From positions 26,426,233-26,461,695 of the forward strand of contig NC_068981.1 in the NCBI RefSeq assembly GCF_001194135.2: a stretch of DNA of 35,463 nt, written 5' to 3'. The notes beneath the pieces were generated by a model. It had not been told where the DNA came from. It ran no database searches and was given only the letters and a program-made list of their open reading frames with translations. Made by a program: the position numbers and the translations under genes. Below, one piece after another: positions 11,776-22,220 of this stretch; position 1 is the stretch's first letter; each line of letters starts with the position of its first letter. The stretch comes from Octopus bimaculoides. Lineage: Eukaryota.

Positions 11776-11947
11776 ATATAATATGTGACAATTAGTTGGT
11801 TGTCATAATAAAACTTGGATGCTCGTCAATTATTAAGACAAACAAAAACGCTATTTGTCTTAATAACTGATGAGATGCCGGAGCAGACTTTGGCATCCGA
11901 AACTCTGAGTTTTATTATGACAACCAACTAATAGTCACATATTATAT
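11776..11947. repeat. Long imperfect palindrome (arms 11776-11842 and 11854-11947) at the end of the Penelope-like remnant
   Basis: atataatatgtgac..ttagttggttgtcataataaaact..ttattaagacaaa is mirrored around an 11 nt spacer; the left arm carries internal deletions. Confidence 0.9.
11855..11923 (+). ncRNA. Type I hammerhead ribozyme (near intact, GUU cleavage triplet)
   Basis: Helix I ttgtc-t-taataa / ttatta-t-gacaa; CTGATGA 11867-11873; helix II gatgcc/ggcatc with one extra C; GAAA 11899-11902; helix III ACTC-T-GAGT; H17 at 11911. Confidence 0.8.
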
Positions 11948-11948
11948 A

Positions 11949-12870
11949 TGGCCATCATTTAAGAAAAGTAGGTTGACTGGTTCAGTGGCTGAGGGAGATT
12001 ACTAAGGTAAGTAGAGAGGTATGAGAGAGGGTAGAGGATGGTGAATGGAGTGAGTTAGTGTTCAATACAACAGTGGTTAGTGGGACAGTGGATTTAGGAT
12101 GGTATTGGAAGGGGAGTACAATGGTATGGAGAAGTGTATGAAATTAAATACACAGAAGTGAACAGGGAGGGAGATAGAAGTTGACAGGTTAGTATCCAAA
12201 GAGGTGGAACAGTATTAAGTACTTTTGGTAGGGAAGAGAAATAAGAGTGGGGAGACTACGAGGGAAGTTGGAAGTAGTGGTTTAGAAGAATTTTGAAAAG
12301 CAAGTATGAGAAAGAATAATTAAATAGGGGTAGATTTGTTGAGATGGTACGTTGCTAGGCTGACCTTGTCTTAGTTCAAGATTAATTTTGAGCATAGATA
12401 CTTATAGCTATGGGATTACATAAATTTAATAAAATGCGTGAATGATGCGTAGAACCTGTGCTTACAAGACAAATTTACATCTGAGAATCTATTAAGTAAT
12501 TAGGAGCTGTGGAAGCGAAGAATGGTTAGCGATTCTTTTAAACATAGTTTACACATAGTGATGTCTGCGTTGTATGTGAGAACCTCACTTACTATGGACC
12601 AGAGTAGGGTATGTGGAACAATTTGAGAGCTAAGGTTGTGTATATAGGTTGCTAAGAAAGTTGATAATTTAGAATTTGGATTGGAGAAAGAGTTCATGTG
12701 TGTACGGTAACGGCGTTTGAAATCAACGTACCGCCGATACATACCCTTGCTTGGTGGGAGTATGGTGTCATAACACGGCAGTTGTAGATTACATTTTTAG
12801 GTAGACAGAAGCCTCTAAGAGGGCATAGTTGAGAAACCCGGCAATTCCAAGTTCTCCTACCCGCTACGTG
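11949..12870 (-). mobile_element. Penelope-like retroelement remnant (Naiad-type GIY-YIG endonuclease plus pyrimidine-rich 3' UTR/pLTR)
   Basis: Minus strand: RTWNCRVSQLCPLRGFCLPKNVIYNCRV..VCIGGT / VDFKRRYRTHMNSF..STFLATYI..LLWSIV..YNADITMCKLCLKESLTIL..LLNRFSDVNLSCKHR (about 12870-12416), with one frameshift and one premature stop. Confidence 0.85.
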
Positions 12871-13020
12871 TTTGGGGCTTAATGCTGGGGAGGTCGTTTA
12901 TCCATTTTTAGTGAGGGAGAACACGAATAGCAATCTGTATCCCAATCCAGCACTGATACAGATTGCACTTCGGGTTTTCCTTTACTAAAAACTGAACAAA
13001 CGAGGTTTGACTTCCCCAGA

Positions 13021-13390
13021 ACTAACCACTCCTATATCGACTACTAAATCACCCCCACTCCAACAGTTTCCTCTAACCTCTCTCAAATCTGTCCACTTAC
13101 CTTAGTTATCTCCCTCAGCCACTGAAACAGTTAACTTACTTTACTCAGATAACGGCCATTTCCTTTTCTCACCATCTCAACCATTAATTCTATAGCCTCA
13201 CATACTACTTGAACCACCTTCTCCTCTTTCCCCTACCTCCCACCTCTACTACTGTCACTCCCTACTAGCCTCATTATCAACCTACTCTCTCTTGAAATTT
13301 ATTTTCTCCTCTCACTATTCCCTATCTGAATACTTCTCCCACCTCTAATACACTTAACTCGCCAGGAAATCATTCCATCTTTGAAATTCT
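13021..13390 (+). mobile_element. Inverted pLTR-like copy of the Penelope-like 3' region
   Basis: 13021-13158 is the diverged reverse complement of 11949-12095 (cttaccttagt(t/a)atctccctcagccactgaa). The remainder is similar CT-rich sequence with weaker homology. Confidence 0.72.
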
Positions 13391-13564
13391 TTCCTTTAAC
13401 ATTCCAAACGTAAGATCTCTTTTCTGAATAGGGAAGCTCGTCTCATCCTACCATGGAATAAATCTATAAACATTATTTTGGACCACCGACCCCACTTCCC
13501 AGAAACAGCTGTTGGGTTTGTTATACTTTTCACAAACACACGCACACACATACGCACGCACTTG

Positions 13565-13600
<36 letters not shown>

Positions 13601-13852
13601 CGCACAGGCCTGGCTGAATAGTAAAAAGCTTGATTCTCAACAAAATGATTCTCGGTTCAGTCCCAGTGAGTGGCACTTTGGGCAACTGTCTTCTACTAAA
13701 GCCGCGGGCCGCCCAATGCTTTGTAGGTGGATTTAGTAGATGAAAGCTGAAAGAAACCTGTCGTGAGTGTGTGTGTATATATNNNNNNNNNNNNNNNNNN
13801 NNNNNNNNNNNNNNNNNNNNNNNNNNNNNNNNNNNNNNNNNNNNNNNNNNNN

Positions 13853-13915
<63 letters not shown>

Positions 13916-14165
13916 CGTATGTCTGTATGGATGGATGTAGTTATGTGTCTATGTATCTATGTGTGTGTGTCCTTGTGTCTGTGTTTCTCCCCCACCGCCG
14001 CTTGACAACCGGTTTTCGTGTGCTTCCGATCCCGTAACATTAGCGGTTCGGCAAAAAGGACCCGATAAAACAAGCACCAGGCTTAAAATCAAAATATGTC
14101 CTGGAGTCCTGCAGCGCTCCAGCATGGTCGCAATGAAATGGCTGAAACAAGTAAAAGAAAAAGAT
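13601..14165 (+). mobile_element. SINE family A, diverged, with an assembly gap in its internal microsatellite
   Basis: ggttcagtcccag..ttggggcaactgtcttctac head; gcttgacaaccg..gctccagcatgg..gctgaaacaagtaaaaga tail. Confidence 0.85.
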
Positions 14166-14977
14166 ATATGATTGCTGATTATTTATGCAATGTTCGTCTA
14201 TGTTTTGAACACCGTCATTAATTAGAAATTGTACTATATATTCAAGTTAAAGCTATTTCAATATATTTTCTCAATTTACTTCGTTTTCATTTCTAGATAG
14301 GGAAGGCATGAACACCGCAATTGTTATTGTTTCGTTTACATGAATAACACAGTAATGCTTATTAATCTTTGCTTATTTCCAATTGGTATTTCGAACAAAA
14401 GATAAAATTCTAGTGAATGCGTCTATCAGTATTATTCAGGAATTTAGAACTACCAACTGGCAAGCAAACATAATTTGTACAAACAATGGATTTTACCGTA
14501 ACAGATGTGATGTTTCTTCTATTACACAAATATTACTATATTCATTAATATTAAGACCTCATTAACGGCAGTTGTTTCACCTTTACCATATGAACTTGCC
14601 CTCTCTGTTTGTTTTGAATATGGCACTGAAGAGATGAAAAAGTACGTTTGATTTCAGTCGTTAATAAATACATGAAGATATTACGTGTTTTTGAAATCGG
14701 TAATGCATTGGTGAATATGTTAACACGTTTTCCCACATATTACTCCGCAACATAGCTAAAGTTGATATGCTTGTAACCAAGCATAACTCGAAGTGTTTTC
14801 AAATGTTCTTGCTCAGGTATTGTCAGCGTAACTCTTCTTAAGTTGGTGAGATGAACTGTTAGAATTCAAAAATCAGGTGTCAATGTTCGTGTTTGTCTAT
14901 GTGTGGGTATGTATATGTATGTATACATATATGAACACACACAAACACACACACATTATTATCATTATTATTATTAT

Positions 14978-15566
14978 GTTGTTTTTTTCTTCTTTCTTCA
15001 AATTTTCTTCCATTTCTCGCCGAGTGTTTTCCGTACACCTAGGGCAGAGAAACTCGTTGTATGCATTCCCAGTTTACAAACGCAAATTCACAGTTAAAAC
15101 ATGTATTTAAGAAAAAAAAAAATTCATGAATGGATGTTGTTTTCACAGCGATAATGCTCTTCTCAGTACATGAGTCGTTCCAGTTAGCACGATTTTTTGC
15201 ACTTCGTGTAGGGATGGTTTGCCTGGTATCATTTTCAAATAGGTTTCAGTACCTTTTGTTTTTATCATTCCTAGAGATCCTACAATCACTGGTATGGTAG
15301 TCGCCTTGAGGTGCCACATTTTTTTCAATTTCTATTAGCAAGTCTTTATATTTACTGATCTTGTCAAATTCTTTCACCGCTATATTATGATCAGAGGGAA
15401 TACTCATGTCAATTAATAAACACGTCTTCTTTGTCTGATCTTTTAGAATAATATCCGGTTTATTAGCTTTTATAGCCTTGTCAGTATGTACGGGGAAGTC
15501 CCAGAGAATCGATACATTTTCTCCCTCAGTCACAGCTTCAGGATGGTGTTTATACCATTTGTCAGC
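14978..15566 (-). mobile_element. R4/Dong-like RLE retrotransposon 3' end (third, divergent lineage)
   Basis: ADKWYKHHPEAVTEGENVSILWDFPVHTDKAIKANKPDIILKD..LLIDMSIP../MWHLKATTIPVIVGSLG..VLRRALSL, with a frameshift in the T-run near 15320. 3' UTR of ~165 bp then (TAA)n at 14954-14977; the 5' side runs into a gap. Confidence 0.9.
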
Positions 15567-15746
15567 NNNNNNNNNNNNNNNNNNNNNNNNNNNNNNNNNN
15601 NNNNNNNNNNNNNNNNNNNNNNNNNNNNNNNNNNNNNNNNNNNNNNNNNNNNNNNNNNNNNNNNNNNNNNNNNNNNNNNNNNNNNNNNNNNNNNNNNNNN
15701 NNNNNNNNNNNNNNNNNNNNNNNNNNNNNNNNNNNNNNNNNNNNNN

Positions 15747-15811
<65 letters not shown>
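15747..15811. repeat. (TTA)n microsatellite
   Basis: Read directly. Confidence 0.97.
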
Positions 15812-15813
<2 letters not shown>

Positions 15814-15968
15814 GGCGGCAAAGAGTTCAAATTTCGCCGAACTAGACTTTGCCTTTCATCCTTCGGGGTCGAAAAAAAGGAACCAGTCAAGTACTGAGAT
15901 CAATGTGATCGACTTACTGCACCTCGCCTCAAATTTCAGGCCTTGTGCCTATAGTACAAAGGATTATT
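15812..15968 (+). mobile_element. SINE family B2 with internally deleted head
   Basis: aaggcggc is joined directly to gagttcaaat; gactttgcctttcatcc domain; tail aaatttcaggccttgtgcctatagtacaaaggattatt. Confidence 0.8.
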
Positions 15969-16195
15969 AAGGCGGCGAGCTGGCAGTGTCATGGCACGCT
16001 GGATAAAATGCTTAATGTTATTTCGCCCGTCAGTACGTTCTAGGATCAAAATCCGCCGAGGCCGACTTTGCCTTTCATTATTTCGGGGTCGATTGAAAGA
16101 GTAGCAGTCAAGCGATGGGGTTGATATAATCGACTATCCCCTCCCTGAAAAAATTGTGCCTATGGTAAAAAAAGATTATTATTATTATTATTATT
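15969..16195 (+). mobile_element. SINE family B2 with (ATT)n tail
   Basis: ggcggcgagctggcag head, ccgccgaggccgactttgcctttca domain, ttgtgcctatgg..gattattatt tail. Confidence 0.85.
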
Positions 16196-16229
16196 TTATG
16201 TTTGACTTTTGTTTTGCATNNNNNNNNNN

Positions 16230-16745
16230 ATTGAGTGAGAGAGTAGTGCATGCCATCAAAGTAACACTGGGGTAAAATATACGAAGCCCAGTATTCTCAT
16301 CACCAGGCACATGCATCACAACCACATGTGCGTGACACGGTGATCTCATATCAAGATAAACAGCACATAAACTTGCAGATGGGGCCCAGTTAGAATTTTC
16401 TTCCGGTCGAGTAACCCATCCCGCTCAAAAGGTTCCTGAATAAGTGCAGTTTAAGGAAGTTGAACGCAACACCCATGTTTCCAGAGGTGAATTATCCAAA
16501 CCCCAAAGAATTCCTCTCAACGCATGGCTACGATGCTTTTCCACTATTTCTGATCTTTTCAGAGATGCATATATCGTCAGTTACTAAGGGACATGTTCAA
16601 CTGACAATCAAATCTGTGGTGTTGAGCAGAATATGTGCTGTAGACCACCTTTTATACAAAGATAAAAGAATGTACATGATAACACTTCCAGTCAGTTAAG
16701 ATGAGAAGCTATGAGAACCACTGCCTGGTACTGCATCAGAGCATT
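16230..16745. mobile_element. Family D repeat, near complete
   Basis: Reverse complement of 7858-8662; followed by (ATC)n(ATT)n. Confidence 0.85.
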
Positions 16746-16746
16746 T

Positions 16747-16787
<41 letters not shown>

Positions 16788-16810
16788 TATTATTATTATT
16801 ATTATTATTA

Positions 16811-17110
16811 TTGAGTGTAAGGGCATTGACTACCATCACAGTGACACTGTGGTACTAATATACGAAACTCAATGTACCTATCATGACTATCCCTCAGATA
16901 AGAACACACCAGGCACATGCATCACAGCCATATGTGCGCGACATAATGATCTCATATTTAAACAAACAACGCATAATCTTGCTGGTGGGGTCCAGATAGA
17001 ATTTTGTTCTGGTCGATTAGCCAATTCTACTCAAAAGGTCCCTGAATACGTGTTGCTTAATGCCGTTGAACGAAATACCTATGTTTCCAAAGGTGAATTA
17101 TTCAAACCCC
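16811..17110. mobile_element. Family D repeat, truncated tandem copy
   Basis: Diverged direct repeat of 16230-16505 (caccaggcacatgcatcaca..ggtgaattattcaaacccc). Confidence 0.8.
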
Positions 17111-17722
17111 AGACGGATCCGTCCGTCATCCGAGTTTGTAGTGATGATCGCACCGCCACTCTACTTCAATCAGGCAGGCAAGGCTGTTTTTCTTTGTCTG
17201 GTGGTTGTGGCGAAAAAGGTTGTTTGGTGGACAAGGCTGAAAGGCCTGAGGACAGATACATTCTTCTTTGGCAGAGCTCTCATTGACTTCTTCAAGTTTC
17301 ACTTCAAAAGGAAATTGAGAGTGAAGAGGGAAGTGCTGTCCTCGGGTGAGTTTATCGAAAGGTGGGTGAAAGTTGCGAAAATGGCAAGAGTGAATGTTAC
17401 CTCTCTAAGTCTAGACCTGTGAATCGGAGAGAAGGAATTCGAAATGACACTTGCTCCTGGGTTTTCAGTGAAATCTCGGACAGTGGGGTTCCTCGATTAT
17501 CCCTCGAGGCCTTCCTGTATCAGGACAGCCACAATCTTACCATCTTCACTGCCACTTTTTTTAAAAACCTTTGCATGCTATTCATATGTTCCTTCTTTTT
17601 CAGTGAATACTTTCTTTCTTTCATTTTTTTTTTTATCATTTCATATGTAAACCCCAACACTTCATGTCTGTCTTTGGATTGCCCCCCCCCTCATCTTTCG
17701 CCCTTGTGGCAAGTAAATGTAA
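17111..17722 (+). mobile_element. Tx1/L1-clade non-LTR retrotransposon 3' end (ORF2 C-terminus plus 3' UTR)
   Basis: FLCLVVVAKKVVWWTRLKGL..LIDFFKFHFKRKLRVKREVLSSGEFIERW fits the AK..W..R..F...W pattern of Tx1-type ORF2 C-termini. Stop at 17422, ~300 bp pyrimidine-rich UTR, then (ATT)n. Confidence 0.68.
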
Positions 17723-17760
17723 TCATTATTATTATTATTATTTTGTTTGTTATTATTACT

Positions 17761-17962
17761 GAAGCAGCGAGCTAATAGAATTTTTAGCTCATCGGGCAAA
17801 ATCGCATTTACGTTCTGAGTTCAAATACCGCAGAGGTCGACTTTGCTTTTCATCTTTTGGGGGTCGGCAAAATAAGTACCAGTTGAGTGTTGTGGTTGAT
17901 GAAATTGATTTGTCCCCTTCTCCGAAATAGCTGGCCTTGTGCCAAAATTAGAAACCATTATT
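17761..17962 (+). mobile_element. SINE family B2, diverged
   Basis: ttctgagttcaaataccgcagaggtcgactttgcttttcatc..ggccttgtgcc..ccattatt. Confidence 0.8.
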
Positions 17963-17994
17963 GTATTACTTTTATTACAATACTGATTATAGCG

Positions 17995-18745
17995 GACTTA
18001 AGAGATTAAATGTTGTTATGAGTGAGTTGACTTCTCTCTCATTTACGTCCCTTTCATAATAGTCCAGTGGATTCAGATTTGGTGAGCTAGGAGGCTATGT
18101 GTGGAGGAGAAGATGATTATAGAGATAGACAAGAATCTACGCTTGGATAGCCCTGGCCCGATGAGATGGTACAGAGTCATGTTGAAAGACGTACGGTCTT
18201 CTTTTGTGTACTCTGTCTATCCAGGGCCTCACAACTTTCTCCAACTTCTCTGTGTAGACATTGGCATTGACCCTTAAACCTTTGGAAAAAAGTGAGGAGG
18301 AATGACATCTCTCTCGTTGCTTATGACTCCCAGAACCATTACAGTCACTGGGAACTTAGTATACATGATCGTTGGACCCTCGTTCGGGTTTCTGCATAAC
18401 CATCTGTCGTTCCTTCGGTTTACGTTTTGGTCTTGATGGAAGTTTTTATCATCGGAAGAAAACCAAAGCTTTCCGGTCTCTGATTAGCAAGTGCTTTGCT
18501 CGGATTAAAGGATTCGCTCTTGTTAAATTCGACATAAAATGAGCCCTCCACAAATGTTCTGATTGACTTCCTGGTGTTTTCATCTATCATTTCTTCGACC
18601 TTTTATAAAAAGTAATGTGTTCTGAGGGTATTAGGATCGTGTGCATGTGTTTTGCGTTCAGCTGCTATTCAGCAGCTTCCAGCGCCTTTGGAACTTTGAC
18701 AACGAAGGATCAGGCAACATTCAGGAAGCGAGCCCTTTCTCTATC
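17995..18745 (-). mobile_element. Tc1/mariner DD37D (maT-type) transposase remnant
   Basis: Minus strand: FLNVA.SFVVKV..EEMIDENTRKSIR..FSSDDKNFHQDQNVNRRNDRW..KFPVTVMVLGVIS..YVFQHDSVPSH..PPSSPNLNPLDY, with 37 residues between the last two Asp. Multiple stops and frameshifts; a possible terminus tacacagggt lies near 18900-18909. Confidence 0.88.
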
Positions 18746-19564
18746 AATACTCTGTATTTTTAAGGCAGCGATTTGAACATGCTTTCGATTTGCTGAGTCA
18801 AACTGACTGATGTCAGGCATTGTTTATTTGAAAAATATAGCAAAAAGAAAGTTAGGAGAAATTTAGAGCTCTTCAAAGAAGTGTCCTCAAAACACAGAAG
18901 TACCCTGTGTATGTATATATATATAAACGTATATAAAAGTGGTTTAATGTAATTAAATTGGGAATTTAAATGTATTGTTTCTCTCCTATTAATAAGCACA
19001 AAAATGGCGAACTGCTCATGTTTTATTGACCACTCTTCATAGAAGACTTACCTGAAATTCTTTTCTAATCAGCAGTATATTTAGTTTCATTCGCACATGT
19101 GTCATTTGAAGCCTCGCTATTAATTACATAGTTATTTTCTGCATAACGGAGTGTAAATCAGGATAGCTGAAATGAATTCAAATATTATAAATAAGTTAAT
19201 GGAACTATCCAGTACTGAGCTTTCCTAACTTGTAACTGCATTACAGCAGGACTTTCCATCAGAAAACTTATTCTCTTATTTTCCTGAATAACTGTAATAT
19301 AGAAAGAATGTTTTCAGATTCTACTTCAGTCTCAGACCGGTTTCGTAATAGTTAAATATATTTCAGTTTCTCTGATTTACTCTTGTTATGCCAAATAAAC
19401 GCAAATATTATGTTATTTGCACACATGCATACAAGCGCAAAGACACACGCACACACTCACAAACACACTCACACATACATATATATTCGTATAAATATGT
19501 GTGTGTATGTGTGTGTGTGTGTGTATATATACATATATATANNNNNNNNNNTATATATATACAT

Positions 19565-19795
19565 ACATATATATATATATAGTCAATTCAAACATGAACA
19601 AGCAAGAAAAAACACGAAGAACATGAAAAGACAATGTGAGGACGTGGAATAAGTACAGTGGTATTGGACGCTCAAGAAAGGAAAGAAAAGAAAGAGGATT
19701 CAACGTTTCGATCGGAGATCGTCAGAAATATAGAAAAAGTCCAAAGAAGGGAAGACGGAGAAAGAAAATCGCCAACAATGCACACGTGGTCACAT
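19565..19795 (-). mobile_element. Non-autonomous Penelope/retrozyme-like repeat with a degenerate hammerhead (family F)
   Basis: Minus strand 19729-19698 reads attt-CTGACGA-tctccgatc-GAAACGT-T-gaat, with helix II damaged. The gacgctca motif is shared with 1085-1170, and the repeat is bordered by TA-rich microsatellite. Confidence 0.55.
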
Positions 19796-20226
19796 ATGTA
19801 TATACCTATATAGATGCACACAAACACACAGACACACACACATGCATACACACACACACACACACACATACACATATATAAACACGTAAACTTTAACATG
19901 CAGAACAAACCGACACACTAACACATACATGTAAACTAAATAACTTATAAGTGTTCGAATTTTTCAATATAGCAGTATTTTCTCAGTGATCTATTGTACA
20001 TAGAATTGGAAGAGTTTCATTAATATGGATTTACACTTGACTTTTCTCTCTGTAGAATTCTTTTTCAGAAACGTAGTCATCTTTGATGTGTATGTGTGCG
20101 TACATATGTATACCCGTGTGTGTATGTGTGTATGTGTGTGTGTGTGCATGTACGTTCCTATGTATGTGTATTTATTTGTGTATGCATATATATATATATG
20201 ATGCACAAACACAAATACACACACAA

Positions 20227-20328
<102 letters not shown>

Positions 20329-20979
20329 CTATAGAGATATATAGATATATACATACACATATAAATACATACATAAACATATATACATACATACATACAT
20401 ACACACACATACACATATATATATATATACATACATGCATACATACATACAAACATACATACATAAATACATACATACATAGATACATACATACATATAT
20501 ACATATACACAGACATATACGAAGCACAATGCAACTGATTGTACTTCCTTTACCAAATGCTAGAGATAAATATTGGTGCATGCGCACGCACTCGCACACA
20601 CACACACATACACACGCATACACAAACACACTCACACCTACTTATGTACATGCACATATATATTCACATAAGTAAGAGTAAATATCTGGTATATTTCTTC
20701 TTAATACAACTGATAGTTGAGGTTGCTTGTTTAGATAAAACAACTGATATATATTTTTTCTGCACAAGACAATCATAAAAACAAACGAACGCTTTATTTC
20801 TTCTGTTAACAAAGCAGAAACAATTACCTAAAAAGTAACATTTATTGATTCATACAAAACATTTGCCGTTTGAAATATAGAAATGTTAAAACCAAGAAGA
20901 ATATATTAATATACATTTATATTAAGTTATTCTGCTAAGGCGCTGAATAGATGGCACTAACGCATTGTAATAGGCAACA

Positions 20980-21190
20980 AACTGACATAATCGTTTGCAC
21001 ACTGAGCAAATCGCATAGCAGTATTTCGTTCGTCTTTATGTTCTCAGCTCAGATTCCACCGAGGTCGACTTTGCTTTTCATCCTTCACGTTCCATAAAAT
21101 AAGTACTTGTTGGATACTGGAATTGTTGTAATTGACTTAACCATTCTCACCAAAATTTCAGGCTTTGTGCCTAGCGTAGAAAAGGCTATT
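20980..21190 (+). mobile_element. SINE family B2, diverged
   Basis: ccaccgaggtcgactttgcttttcatcc..aaataagtac..aaaatttcaggctttgtgcctagcgtagaaaagg. Confidence 0.8.
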
Positions 21191-21206
21191 AAAACATTGA
21201 ATCATG

Positions 21207-21410
21207 TGGCAAGCTGGCAGAATCTCTAGTACTTCGGACAGAATGCTTTCCAGTATTTTATATGGGTCTTTGACTTCTGAATTTAAATTCCGCCGACATC
21301 AGCTTTGACACTCGCAGTCGATAAATTAATGCACGAGTTGAACATGATTCGCTGTAATCGACTAGCCTCCTTCCCGAAAATTTCAGGCCTTGTACTTCTA
21401 GAAGAGATAA
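21207..21410 (+). mobile_element. SINE family B2, highly diverged, tandem to the previous copy
   Basis: ggcaagctggcagaa head, tttaaattccgccga, gtaatcgact..aaaatttcaggccttgt tail. Confidence 0.72.
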
Positions 21411-22189
21411 CTATGTATGTATGTATTTATGTATGTATGTATGTATGTATGTATGTATGTATGTATGCATGCATGCATGCATGTATACATGCGTGATGAA
21501 TGGCTGTTGTATATAGATAAAACAAGGATATTTTTCGCCTTACATCATTTTCGTACCAAGGAGAAACGCTTTTCTTTTATTAAATATATANNNNNNNNNN
21601 NNNNNNNNNNNNNNNNNNNNNNNNNNNNNNNNNNNNNNNNNNNNNNNNNNNNNNNNNNNNNNNNNNNNNNNNNNNNNNNNNNNNNNNNNNNNNNNNNNNN
21701 NNNNNNNNNNNNNNNNNNNNNNNNNNNNNNNNNNNNNNNNNNNNNNNNNNNNNNNNNNNNNNNNNNNNNNNNNNNNNNNNNNNNNNNNNNNNNNNNNNNN
21801 NNNNNNNNNNNNNNNNNNNNNNNNNNNNNNNNNNNNNNNNNNNNNNNNNNNNNNNNNNNNNNNNNNNNNNNNNNNNNNNNNNNNNNNNNNNNNNNNNNNN
21901 NNNNNNNNNNNNNNNNNNNNNNNNNNNNNNNNNNNNNNNNNNNNNNNNNNNNNNNNNNNNNNNNNNNNNNNNNNNNNNNNNNNNNNNNNNNNNNNNNNNN
22001 NNNNNNNNNNNNNNNNNNNNNNNNNNNNNNNNNNNNNNNNNNNNNNNNNNNNNNNNNNNNNNNNNNNNNNNNNNNNNNNNNNNNNNNNNNNNNNNNNNNN
22101 NNNNNNNNNNNNNNNNNNNNNNNNNNNNNNNNNNNNNNNNNNNNNNNNNNNNNNNNNNNNNNNNNNNNNNNNNNNNNNNNNNNNNNNNN

Positions 22190-22220
<31 letters not shown>

